Shown: positions 55,593 through 64,000 of the stretch, piece after piece
Numbering within the stretch: the stretch's first letter is position 1
Layout: each line of letters begins with the position of its first letter
Source: Hyphomicrobium sp.
Lineage (GTDB): Bacteria > Pseudomonadota > Alphaproteobacteria > Rhizobiales > Hyphomicrobiaceae
Length of the DNA stretch: 64,000 bases
Reading direction: 5' to 3'
Assembly: GCA_035547255.1 (NCBI GenBank)
Contig: DASZVX010000156.1
Location: 708-64,707 of the forward strand
Notes under the pieces: generated by a model
What the model was told of the DNA's origin: nothing
Database searches by the model: none
What the model saw: only the letters and a program-made list of their open reading frames with translations
Program-made: the position numbers and the translations under genes

Positions 55593-58313
55593 ATGGCCAA
55601 CACCTCACGGCCGGAAGATACGCGCCGCCCCTCTGCCAAGGCACTGCTGGAGCTTGCCGCCAATGAACGGCGTGGCAAGCTCAAGGTGTTTCTTGGAATG
55701 GCGCCGGGCGTCGGCAAGACATACGCCATGCTGTCGGCGGCGCGCGCCCTGAAGAACGAAGGGCTCGATGTCGTCGTCGGCGTGGTCGAGACACACGGGC
55801 GTTCCGAGACCGCCGCGTTGCTCGAGGGACTCGAGGTGCTGCCGCGCCGGACGGTCCCCTATCGCAATCGCACGCTCATGGAATTCGATATCGACGCTGC
55901 AATCGCGCGCCGCCCAGCGCTGCTGCTCGTCGACGAGTTCGCGCACTCGAATGCGCCAGGCCTCGTGCATCCCAAGCGCTATCAGGATGTCGAGGGCGTG
56001 CTGCAAGCCGGCATCGACGTCTGGACGACACTCAATATCCAGCATCTCGAAAGCCTGACCGACGTGGTCGAGCGTATCGCCGGAATTACGGTGCGCGAGA
56101 CCATCCCCGACAAAGTTCTGGAGCGGGCCGACGAGATCGTCGTCGTCGACCTGCCGCCCGAAGAGCTGATCCAGCGCCTCAAGGAAGGCAAGGTTTACCT
56201 GCCCGATAATGCGCGACGGGCGATGGATCAATTCTTCCAGATGGGCAATCTCACGGCGCTGCGCGAACTGGCGCTCCGCCGCACGGCCGACCGCGTCGAC
56301 GAACAGATGCTGTCTCAGCTCCGCCGGCAAGGCATCGAAGGACCGTGGCCGACAGCCGAACGTCTCCTGGTCTGCGTCGGCAACAATGAGTTGGCAGAGA
56401 CTGTGGTGCGCGCTGCGGCGCGCATGGCGGCGGCACTCAAGTCCGACTGGATCGCGATCCACGTCGTGCAGAGCGAACGCGAACAGACGGATCGCGCCTC
56501 CATCCGAAAAATGGAAAAAGCCATGCGCCTCGCGGACCGGCTTGGCGCAACGACGGTCCGTCTTCACGCCAAGGACCTGACGTCGGAGGTTTTGGCCTAC
56601 GCCAAGCGCAACAACATCACGCAGATTATTGTCGGCCGCTCGCGGCCACGTTTCTTCGATCGTTGGCTGGGAAGATCGTTCTCAACCTCTCTGGTCGCCG
56701 AAGCCGCAGGGCCGTCCGTCACCGTCGTAGCGCCCGATACGCCGGCCGCACCTCTACATTTGCCGTCCATCCTTCCCGAGATCAACGAACTCTGGTCCGG
56801 AGGCTTGGCTGCCGTCGTTGCCGTCGCGGGCGGCGTCATCGCGGGGAAGATGCTGGAGCAAATAACACGGCTCCCCAATCTCTCGATGGTCTTCCTGCTC
56901 GCCGTTCTCATCTGCGCGCTACGGTTCGGAATTTTCTCCGCTGTCGCCGCAGCCGTTCTGTCTTTTCTTTCGTTCAACTTCTTCTTTATCGAACCGCGCT
57001 ACACGCTGACGATCGCCTCGCCGTACGAACTATTCGGCCTCCTGATTTTTCTCGTTGTCGCCGCCGCGACCGGCAGTCTGGCCGGCCGCCTTCGCGAGCA
57101 GGCAAACGCCACGCGCGAGCGCGCGGAAGCCACGCAGGCGCTTTACGAATTTTCGGGGAAACTCTCCGCAGCGACGAAGATCGATGATGTGCTTTGGCTG
57201 CTCGCCGCGCAGTCGGCCGCGGTCGTCAAAGGCAAGTCGATCATTCTTCTGGAGCAATCCCACGAACTCACCGTCGCGGGCAGCTGGCCGCCGGAAGACA
57301 CGCTCGGGACAGCCGACTGGGCCGCGGCCCGGTGGGCGCATCGCAACGGTGAACCTGCGGGACACCTGACAGAGACGATGCCTTCGGCAGTCTATCAATT
57401 CCGCCCGTTGGTTGCATCGACGGGTTCCGTCGGCGTTCTCGGAGTCGCGCCCGGAGATGAAGAGGACGCGCTGCCCTCCGCCACGGCCAGCGCGCTTCAG
57501 TCGTTCGCCGACCAAGCCGCCATCGCAATCGAACGCACGCGGCTCGTCGAGCAGGCCGCCAAGGCTGCGACCGCTGCCGAAAGCGAGAGATTGCGCGGCG
57601 CACTTTTATCGTCGATCTCGCATGACCTCCGCACACCGCTCGCTTCCATTCTCGGTTCGGCGACAAGTCTGCGCCAGCTTGGCGATCGCATGCGTAAGCA
57701 AGACCGCGCTGATCTTCTGGCGACCATCGAAGAGGAATCGACGCGGCTTTCGACCTTCGTTTCCAACCTCCTCGACATGACGAGGCTCGAAACCGGCGTA
57801 CTTGACATCCGACGCGACTGGGTGGACGTGGCTGACGCCGTTCGTGGCGCCGTCGCCCGAGCCAAGAAGACTTTTCCGACACGACGAGTAGAAACGTTTA
57901 TTCCTGCAAAGCTACCACTCATTCGCGGCGATGCGGCTTTGCTCGAGCAGGTCATGTTCAATCTGCTCGACAACGCGCACAAATACAGTCCCCCGGAGTC
58001 GGTGACCCGCGTCAGCATAACCTTAGCCACCGGCGGCGCGATCCACGTCGTCGTCGCCGATGAAGGTATCGGTATTCCATCCGAGGCGTTGAACAAGATC
58101 TTCGACAAGTTCTATCGTGCGCATGTCGGAGACGGTCGCCAACCCGGCACGGGTCTCGGGCTTTCGATCTGCGCAGGAATAATTGCGGCCATGGGCGGCA
58201 CGATAACGGCGCAAAGTCCGATAGCTAATGGAAAGGGCACCGAGATTTCGATCCTGCTTCCGGCCGGTGACGACAGCGCCACTGAACAAAACACATCCAA
58301 GGACGTGACATGA
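55593..58313 (+). CDS. kdpD: Sensor histidine kinase KdpD
   Basis: GKLK.FLG.APGVGKTY, VDE.AH, USP domain, four TMs, SHDLRTPL, GTGLGL. Confidence 0.96.
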   Translation: MANTSRPEDTRRPSAKALLELAANERRGKLKVFLGMAPGVGKTYAMLSAARALKNEGLDVVVGVVETHGRSETAALLEGLEVLPRRTVPYRNRTLMEFDIDAAIARRPALLLVDEFAHSNAPGLVHPKRYQDVEGVLQAGIDVWTTLNIQHLESLTDVVERIAGITVRETIPDKVLERADEIVVVDLPPEELIQRLKEGKVYLPDNARRAMDQFFQMGNLTALRELALRRTADRVDEQMLSQLRRQGIEGPWPTAERLLVCVGNNELAETVVRAAARMAAALKSDWIAIHVVQSEREQTDRASIRKMEKAMRLADRLGATTVRLHAKDLTSEVLAYAKRNNITQIIVGRSRPRFFDRWLGRSFSTSLVAEAAGPSVTVVAPDTPAAPLHLPSILPEINELWSGGLAAVVAVAGGVIAGKMLEQITRLPNLSMVFLLAVLICALRFGIFSAVAAAVLSFLSFNFFFIEPRYTLTIASPYELFGLLIFLVVAAATGSLAGRLREQANATRERAEATQALYEFSGKLSAATKIDDVLWLLAAQSAAVVKGKSIILLEQSHELTVAGSWPPEDTLGTADWAAARWAHRNGEPAGHLTETMPSAVYQFRPLVASTGSVGVLGVAPGDEEDALPSATASALQSFADQAAIAIERTRLVEQAAKAATAAESERLRGALLSSISHDLRTPLASILGSATSLRQLGDRMRKQDRADLLATIEEESTRLSTFVSNLLDMTRLETGVLDIRRDWVDVADAVRGAVARAKKTFPTRRVETFIPAKLPLIRGDAALLEQVMFNLLDNAHKYSPPESVTRVSITLATGGAIHVVVADEGIGIPSEALNKIFDKFYRAHVGDGRQPGTGLGLSICAGIIAAMGGTITAQSPIANGKGTEISILLPAGDDSATEQNTSKDVT

Positions 58314-59002
58314 CTGGCGCGCGCATCCTTGTCGTCGATGACGAACCGCAAATCCTGCGATTTTTGAAGCCGAGCCTGACGGCCGCGGGATACGACGTCA
58401 TCGCAGCGACAACCGGCAAGGACGCATTGAAGGCCGCCGCCACGCAATCGCCGGACGTCATCCTGCTCGACCTCGGGCTTCCCGATATGGATGGCAAGGA
58501 CGTCATCAGCGACCTCAGGGGCTGGTCCAAGACGCCGATACTGGTGCTTTCGGCGCGCGACCGGGAGACTGAGAAGATCGCCGCTTTGGATCTCGGAGCC
58601 GACGACTATATCAACAAGCCATTCGGAATCGGCGAACTCACCGCGCGCCTGAGAACGGCCCTCCGCCATGCCGCACAGCAAGCTTCGGAACAGACACAGC
58701 TGAAATCCGGTGCTCTCGAAGTAGATGTCCTGGCGCACACGGTGACGCTCAATGGTGCGCCCGTAAAGTTGACCCCAAAGGAATTCGATCTACTCGCCAT
58801 CCTGGTTCGCAACGCCGGGCGTCTGCTGACCCACCGCCAGATCCTCGCGGCCGTCTGGGGTTCCGCGCATACCGAGGATCTCCAATACCTGCGCGTGTTC
58901 ATCGGTCAATTGCGCCAGAAACTGAGAGCCTCGCCTGATGCTCCGGAACTCATCCTGACCGAACCCGGAATCGGCTACCGCCTCAACGTCGAGACGGGCT
59001 GA
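58310..59002 (+). CDS. kdpE: Response regulator KdpE
   Basis: VVDDE, LDLGLPD, GADDY..KPF, YLRV...QLRQK, TEPGIGY. Confidence 0.95.
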   Translation: MTGARILVVDDEPQILRFLKPSLTAAGYDVIAATTGKDALKAAATQSPDVILLDLGLPDMDGKDVISDLRGWSKTPILVLSARDRETEKIAALDLGADDYINKPFGIGELTARLRTALRHAAQQASEQTQLKSGALEVDVLAHTVTLNGAPVKLTPKEFDLLAILVRNAGRLLTHRQILAAVWGSAHTEDLQYLRVFIGQLRQKLRASPDAPELILTEPGIGYRLNVETG

Positions 59003-59126
59003 TCACTCACGCTGGTCGAGCGGGCAACGCGGCTGCACTGTTTTGCTCCGCACAGGTCCACGTTTGGTCTAAAGCGGCGCCTGAAGATCAGTCAGAACGT
59101 GTTCAGGAGAAAAGGCGTTACCAGTC

Positions 59127-59519
59127 CTAAAAGCGACTGGCGCTCCAAACTCCCGAACAGAGACCCGATGGCCCGCTACCGGCCCAGGTGCCACGACCGC
59201 TCAGGTAACTGAACCGTCCAGTTCCGCGGGCAATGCGCGGGCCGGCCACTGCTCTCATGCTGACCCGCCCGGAGCCGGAAACGCGGCCGCCCAAGCGAAT
59301 TGGGTAAAATGCAAACGATCCACCGGTCGAGTAAATCCGGCCGCGATTTATCGCGAGGCCGACCTCGATAATTCCACAGTGGCCGCGGGTCGTCTCGGCG
59401 ACCATGCTCCAGTTTCCATCGAGCCGGCCCGCCGTGGCGGGAAGAGCGGAACCGATAATTGCGGAGGCGGCCGACAGAGCGATGATGCACAAGCGATTGC
59501 CAAACATGGGAATCCTCAT
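59127..59519 (-). CDS. Secreted hypothetical protein
   Basis: Signal peptide; DGNWS....T.RG.C ... G.W......CSGVW.A.R pattern. Confidence 0.7.
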   Translation of the reverse strand: MRIPMFGNRLCIIALSAASAIIGSALPATAGRLDGNWSMVAETTRGHCGIIEVGLAINRGRIYSTGGSFAFYPIRLGGRVSGSGRVSMRAVAGPRIARGTGRFSYLSGRGTWAGSGPSGLCSGVWSASRF

Positions 59520-60031
59520 ACGTAGCGTTGCTCGTCAATTCGGGCTGCCAATGGTCGGGACCTAAGGCACGAACACGGCAGTCTTCTCAGATCACCACAG
59601 TCGTCCCCCGTCTATTCGGGCCATTGATAACTCGGCCCGCAATCCCAACTTGCACTTCAGTGACCAGTTCCTGCCGCCTGTACGAAATGGCGGCGAAGGC
59701 TCGGCATTAGTAATGGGCGGCACAAAACGAGAGTTCGGCGAAGCGGCAAGCAAGTACGCGCGTATCGCACCCGCCCGCCTGCAAGAAGCTTGGGGTTTCG
59801 GCCGTGGCGCTCTATAGGGAGATTCCAAAGATGCGAAACGTCTGTCCTTGAACCGTCAGATCGCTTCGTTCTCCTCGTCGAAGCTGGCGTAATGGAAGCC
59901 TTTGCAGGAGTCGGCGCTCCGCGAGGGCCATGCCGCGAGACGGTGAGAAGTTGCGCTGCACCGCACTCAATTGACGCGCCGCGATAGGACCTTGAAGGCC
60001 TGCTTCCGCGTTGCGTATTCGGGAGGTGGCC

Positions 60032-60253
60032 ATGTCGCATATTACTGTCACATCGTGCCGAACTTGCAATGGCAGCGGCTTCATCTGGCGTGGCCGTGTC
60101 ATGCAGCATGAAACCCTAAACGTCCAGCACGGCAGGCCCACAGTGCATGTCCACGTTTCCCGCATCAGGGATCTTTGCCCTGAGTGTCACGGCACCGGGG
60201 CTACGGTGCCGCGCGAAATACAGCGCACGCCGTGGGCATTGGCATTGCAGTAG
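60032..60253 (+). CDS. Stand-alone DnaJ-type zinc-finger mini-protein (73 aa)
   Basis: CRTCNGSG and CPECHGTG; GGAGGT RBS. Confidence 0.65.
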   Translation: MSHITVTSCRTCNGSGFIWRGRVMQHETLNVQHGRPTVHVHVSRIRDLCPECHGTGATVPREIQRTPWALALQ

Positions 60254-60282
60254 TGAAAGAGGCGACGTCGCGGGCCTGTGGC

Positions 60283-60888
60283 CTAAGCTTTCGCCTGCGC
60301 TGCAAGACCTTCGTGCTGCAGCGCAACTTGCACCGTCGGACGCGCTCTCATACTGGCCATCAGCCGCTTCAATGACTCGGGGATGCTCAAGCCGCTCTTC
60401 TCAGCCCAGAGAAGCATGACGAACAGGTAGGCATCGGCGACCGTCATCTCTTCGCCGAACAGATACGGCCCTTTGACCTGCGGTGCGAGGAACTCGAGCC
60501 GCTTTGAAATAGCTTCCCGCGTCTTCTGCTTGTCGTCATGGCTCACGCCGGGAGTGAAGAGAGGCTTGAACGATTTGTGCACCTCTGTTGAAATGTAAGC
60601 CAGCATTTCCAACAGACGGTAGCGCCCGTGTTCTCCGGGTGCCATCAGCGTCGGATGCCGATCGGCAATCTTCGTCAAGATAGCGATGTTCTCGGTCAGC
60701 ACGTCGCCATTGTCGAATTGCAAGGCGGGAACGTAATCCTTGGGATTGATCTCCCTGAACGCCCGGCCGTCCTCCAGCTTGTGCGTTTTCAAATCGACTT
60801 TCACGAGATCGAATTTCTCCCCCGCCTCATGCAAGGCGATGTGGTCCGCGAGGCTGCAGGCACCAGGCGAATAGTAGAGGGTCATCAT
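60283..60888 (-). CDS. Glutathione S-transferase (beta class)
   Basis: LYYSPGACSLA.HIAL.E, INPK.YVP.L, TEN.AIL, TVADAYL. Confidence 0.93.
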   Translation of the reverse strand: MMTLYYSPGACSLADHIALHEAGEKFDLVKVDLKTHKLEDGRAFREINPKDYVPALQFDNGDVLTENIAILTKIADRHPTLMAPGEHGRYRLLEMLAYISTEVHKSFKPLFTPGVSHDDKQKTREAISKRLEFLAPQVKGPYLFGEEMTVADAYLFVMLLWAEKSGLSIPESLKRLMASMRARPTVQVALQHEGLAAQAKA

Positions 60889-60974
60889 GATGGGTGGCTC
60901 CTTGGTTCGAGCAGTGAAACGGCCAGAGCGTGACGGGAGTTTCGTTCGCCCCACTCGACGTTCGCTTCAGAAAG

Positions 60975-61070
60975 GCCAGAGAAAGGCCCGCGTCGCTGGG
61001 GGGAGCGGCGCGGGCCCGCTATACGACGCCCTGTTTGCCGTGGGCGGGAGGTTGGGAACCGCCCGCGACC
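60975..61070 (-). ncRNA. Candidate small RNA or leader with C-rich loop hairpins
   Basis: gggcgg-TTCCCAACCTC-ccgccc and ggcccgcg..gct-CCCCCC-agc..cgcgggcc-tttct. Confidence 0.45.
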
Positions 61071-61255
61071 GCCGCACGCCTCAATGGGCAAAGGGCGCTG
61101 CGCTACCCTTAAAGCGCTAAACGCCCGAACGCGGCGTGGGATCCTGCGACGGCGCGTAATTCAGCATCGGGCTGAACAAAGTTTGGTTGTTTTCTCACCT
61201 GAACGCCGAAGAACTCAAACGATCAGCTTGATACGGACGCCGACGGGCGGCAACG

Positions 61256-61288
61256 AAAAAACCCCCGGCGAAAAAATCCGAGGGTTCA
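61256..61288 (-). terminator. Intrinsic terminator
   Basis: aaccctcgg-attttttcg-ccgggggtt-tttt. Confidence 0.65.
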
Positions 61289-61315
61289 ATCTGACTTAGT
61301 TAGGCGAAAATGATC

Positions 61316-61435
61316 TCATGGCTGGTAGTGGCGATCTTTCCACCAGCATGCGCTAGCCGGGTTAGGCGCCATCACCGATAGCGAGACACCACAAATGAAA
61401 CTCAACGCGACAAGTGACATAATCGCTTTTTTCAT
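61316..61435 (-). CDS. Tiny secreted peptide (39 aa, not in ORF track)
   Basis: MKKAIMSLVALSFICGVSLSVMAPNPASA-CWWKDRHYQP; GGAGG RBS, EcfG-type promoter, terminator. Confidence 0.55.
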   Translation of the reverse strand: MKKAIMSLVALSFICGVSLSVMAPNPASACWWKDRHYQP

Positions 61436-61464
61436 GAGTATTTCCTCCGCTACAAAACGACAAT

Positions 61465-61491
61465 GGAACACCTTGAACAATTGATGGTTCC
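61465..61491. promoter_or_regulatory. Overlapping opposite sigma-EcfG motifs
   Basis: Minus GGAAC-N16-TGTT (61491-61467); plus GGAAC-N16-GGTT (61465-61489). Confidence 0.55.
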
Positions 61492-61609
61492 CTCGCCTCT
61501 CCCGCGTATTCCGGGCGCAATTGGTTAACGTGCGCCGCGAGACAGGACGCGAGCTGTGCCTCGAATACAGTTCGAAATTGGTGATCGGGAGTGCGTTGGC
61601 TGTTTGCCA

Positions 61610-63067
61610 TCACTCTGCTGAAGCCAAGGGTTTGGCGACGGCTTCCAGCGGCTTTCTTTCGGCTGCGGCGGCCCAAAACGCAGCGACGATCGCAGCGCCG
61701 ATCATCAGGCTCGCCCCGATGAGATATCCGACAAATACGCTGGATCGCGAACCGGTGTCGATGAGATATCCGAGAAGGAACGGTCCGATAACGCCGCCAA
61801 TGCCAGTCCCTATTGCATAGAACAGAGCAATCGCGAGGGCGCGGATTTCCAGCGGAAATGATTCACTTACCGTCAGATATGCGGAACTCGCGGCCGCAGA
61901 ACCGACAAAAAACACAACGGCCCAAGCAAGGGTCAACTGCCAGACCGACACGAAATCAGTTGCGAAAAGATAACCGGTGATTGCGAGAAGCAACCCCGAG
62001 ACGCCGTATGTCAACGCCAACATCGGACGACGCCCCCACGTATCGAAGAGGCGCCCAATCAAGAGCGGTCCCAAAAAGTTGGCCAGTGCGAACGGCAGAA
62101 TATACCAACCGACCTTATCGGAGGGCACACGATAGAACGTCGTCAGAATAAGTGCGTAGGTGAAGAAGACCGTGTTGTAGAAGTACGCTTGTGACGCCAT
62201 CAAACTCAATCCTACGAGCGCGCGTTGGCGATGGGTTTTCGGGATCGTCGTGACAACCTCCCAAATCGGCGTGTGAGTCCGCGGCTTCAATCGCGCAGGC
62301 GGCCCTGCGGGGCTCTGAATTTCGTGCCCCTCCTCGCGAAGCCTATGCTCGATACCGTCTACGATTTCTTCGGCTTCTGCGGCGCGACCGTGGGTCACGA
62401 GCCAGCGGGGGCTTTCGGGAATCCAGAGCCGCATGAAGAAAATGATCACGCTCAATGCACCGCCGATTGCGAAGGCGGCCCGCCAGCCGAGATCCGCCGG
62501 CAGCAAGCGGGCATCGAGTAAAACCAGCGAGCCCACGGCGCCGATCGCTGTGCCAAGCCAAAAACTTCCGTTGATGACGAGATCCGTCCAACCGCGCACA
62601 CGGGCCGGGATCAGTTCCTGAATCGTCGAGTTTACCGCCGTATATTCGCCGCCGATGCCCGCACCGGTCATAAAGCGGAACACGACGAAACTCCAAAAAT
62701 TCCAGGAAAAAGCCGTCGCGACTGTCGCCAGCATATAAATTGTAAGCGTCATGAAGAACAGTTTCTTGCGCCCGAGCCGATCCGTCAGCCAACCAAAGAA
62801 TATTGCACCGAGAACCGCGCCGAGAAGGTAAGCACTGGTCGCGAGACCAACATCTGTATTTGTGAAGCGCAGGGCTGGACTTTCCATCAAGGCGCCCGCG
62901 AGAGCGCCGACAAGCGTCACCTCGAGCCCATCCAAAATCCAAGTGATGCCCAACGCGGCAATAACCAAAACATGGAAACGTCCCCATGGCAGCCGGTCGA
63001 GGCGAGCGGGAACGGTGGTCTCGACCACCGAAGCGAAAACCGCATTGTCGCGTGCGAAGCGCTGCAT
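61610..63067 (-). CDS. MFS transporter (sugar-porter-like)
   Basis: RLDRLPW, WILDGLEV, DRLGRKK, GIGGEY..., ELIPAR.RG, PESPRWL, SE.FPLE.RA. Confidence 0.9.
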   Translation of the reverse strand: MQRFARDNAVFASVVETTVPARLDRLPWGRFHVLVIAALGITWILDGLEVTLVGALAGALMESPALRFTNTDVGLATSAYLLGAVLGAIFFGWLTDRLGRKKLFFMTLTIYMLATVATAFSWNFWSFVVFRFMTGAGIGGEYTAVNSTIQELIPARVRGWTDLVINGSFWLGTAIGAVGSLVLLDARLLPADLGWRAAFAIGGALSVIIFFMRLWIPESPRWLVTHGRAAEAEEIVDGIEHRLREEGHEIQSPAGPPARLKPRTHTPIWEVVTTIPKTHRQRALVGLSLMASQAYFYNTVFFTYALILTTFYRVPSDKVGWYILPFALANFLGPLLIGRLFDTWGRRPMLALTYGVSGLLLAITGYLFATDFVSVWQLTLAWAVVFFVGSAAASSAYLTVSESFPLEIRALAIALFYAIGTGIGGVIGPFLLGYLIDTGSRSSVFVGYLIGASLMIGAAIVAAFWAAAAERKPLEAVAKPLASAE

Positions 63068-63615
63068 GCGCGTGTCAGTCCGAGCCGTTCAGAGTTTCTC
63101 TCAACGAAAACACTGAGAGCGGACTAACAGTTCATCACGATCGTGCAATACCGAAATGGATCGCGTTGCACAGGACGACAAGGGCAGAATAAATCCATGC
63201 GTTGTCGATCTTGAGCATCTAGCGCTCGCGGCGATCAGCGAATGTGCCTGCTCTAACTCTTAGGTCGTTAATCCTACCTCGCGCCTCCAGTATTCGTAGA
63301 TACAGTGCGGGAGTCGGCGACTAGACCGCTCTATAACCAGCCATCGGCAAAGCTAATGCCAGCGGCGTGCCAACAGACGACTGGCACAACAGAGTTCGAA
63401 ATTCATAAGCTACTCATAATGCATATCATCAACATGCGATGCGATGGTCAAATTGCGAACAAAGTGCGCGGTTCTAAGCTCAGAAACTGGAATAAACATA
63501 AAAGCAAGTTCATCCCCCCACGAAAAAAAATGCGTGCTGCCCAGCGTACGAGAAGCATTTTTCCTGTTCATTGATGATACCTGCATTTTCGAAAGACCGG
63601 AGGTGTCCGTTGGCG

Positions 63616-64000
63616 ATGACCAGGGCATTTTTCATTGATCCCGCATTGAAAGGCGAATCGGGACATCATTTGGGTTTCTCCCGCGAACTCTCGAAAGCGG
63701 CAAATGCGGCGGGCCATGAAGTGGTTTGGCTTGCTCACAAAGATCTCGACGTTCGCCTTGTTCCCAAATTCGTACACTTCATTCCGGCATTCTCATCGAC
63801 GATTTATGAGCATCAAATAGGGATGTTCGGCAGAGCTCTTAGACCGCTTGTCGGCAATCGCCGATTTCTTCGCTCCGCATTGGCCGAATGCTCATGGGAA
63901 AGGCGTCTGCGCCAAAAATTTCCGCTGGCCTGGCTCAACGGCGACAGGAGCACGGAGCTAATGCGCGTTTTGCAGGTTGTTCGGCCGGGCAAAGATGATC
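63616..64000 (+). CDS. Probable glycosyltransferase (GT-B), N-terminal part; runs off the window
   Basis: Open frame MTRAFFIDPALKGESGHHLGFSRELSKAANAAGHEVVWLAH... to the window end; GGAGG upstream. Confidence 0.6.
   Translation, partial: MTRAFFIDPALKGESGHHLGFSRELSKAANAAGHEVVWLAHKDLDVRLVPKFVHFIPAFSSTIYEHQIGMFGRALRPLVGNRRFLRSALAECSWERRLRQKFPLAWLNGDRSTELMRVLQVVRPGKDD

Noticed and set aside
5951-58738. Many long antisense and alternate-frame ORFs in the ORF track
   Set aside because: Expected shadows of high-GC coding sequence; they overlap well-supported genes and lack motifs.
59592-60165. Overlapping ORFs between the secreted protein and the zinc-finger gene
   Set aside because: No RBS or motif support in any frame; treated as intergenic or decayed sequence.

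Overview
GC-rich alphaproteobacterial chromosome segment; gene content and repeat types suggest Hyphomicrobiales, probably Hyphomicrobium-like (inference). 1-5.2 kb is the head/neck end of an RcGTA-type gene transfer agent cluster on the minus strand (portal, prohead protease, HK97 capsid, connector, closure, a small coupled ORF, DUF3168 tail terminator). Its apparent promoter (TTGACA-N17-CATCAT, with an IHF-like site and a DnaA-box-like 13-mer upstream) runs through a REP-like palindrome directly into a portal gene with no evident start, and no terminase genes are present. The same 13-mer (CGGGGATAAGTTT) occurs twice, inverted, upstream of a split gafA-like activator pair (gafY/gafZ-like) beside sufE and mucR. 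A covarying palindromic repeat family is dense in the GTA cluster, with one copy in-frame inside the portal gene. 5.3-34.8 kb is mostly core (ycgN, class A PBP, sufE, mucR, ptrB, cutA, NAD kinase, nitroreductase, vWA protein, aapJ-like, metC, L,D-transpeptidase). It also holds a P450/MFS cassette between duplicated terminators, a membrane protein with a primase-type winged-helix tail and a CtrA-box-preceded candidate sRNA. An atypical tRNA-Arg(UCG) is followed by a ~10.5 kb block with nine sigma-EcfG-type promoters (GGAAC-N16/17-NGTT), including Ku and a rearranged, split LigD. The rest has a PAS-GGDEF-EAL protein, a deaminase/CynX/LysR unit, a full kdpFABCDE operon, small orphans, a GST, an MFS transporter and a partial glycosyltransferase. 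No CRISPR array, rRNA, integrase or transposase was seen. All calls were made by eye; no database searches were run.
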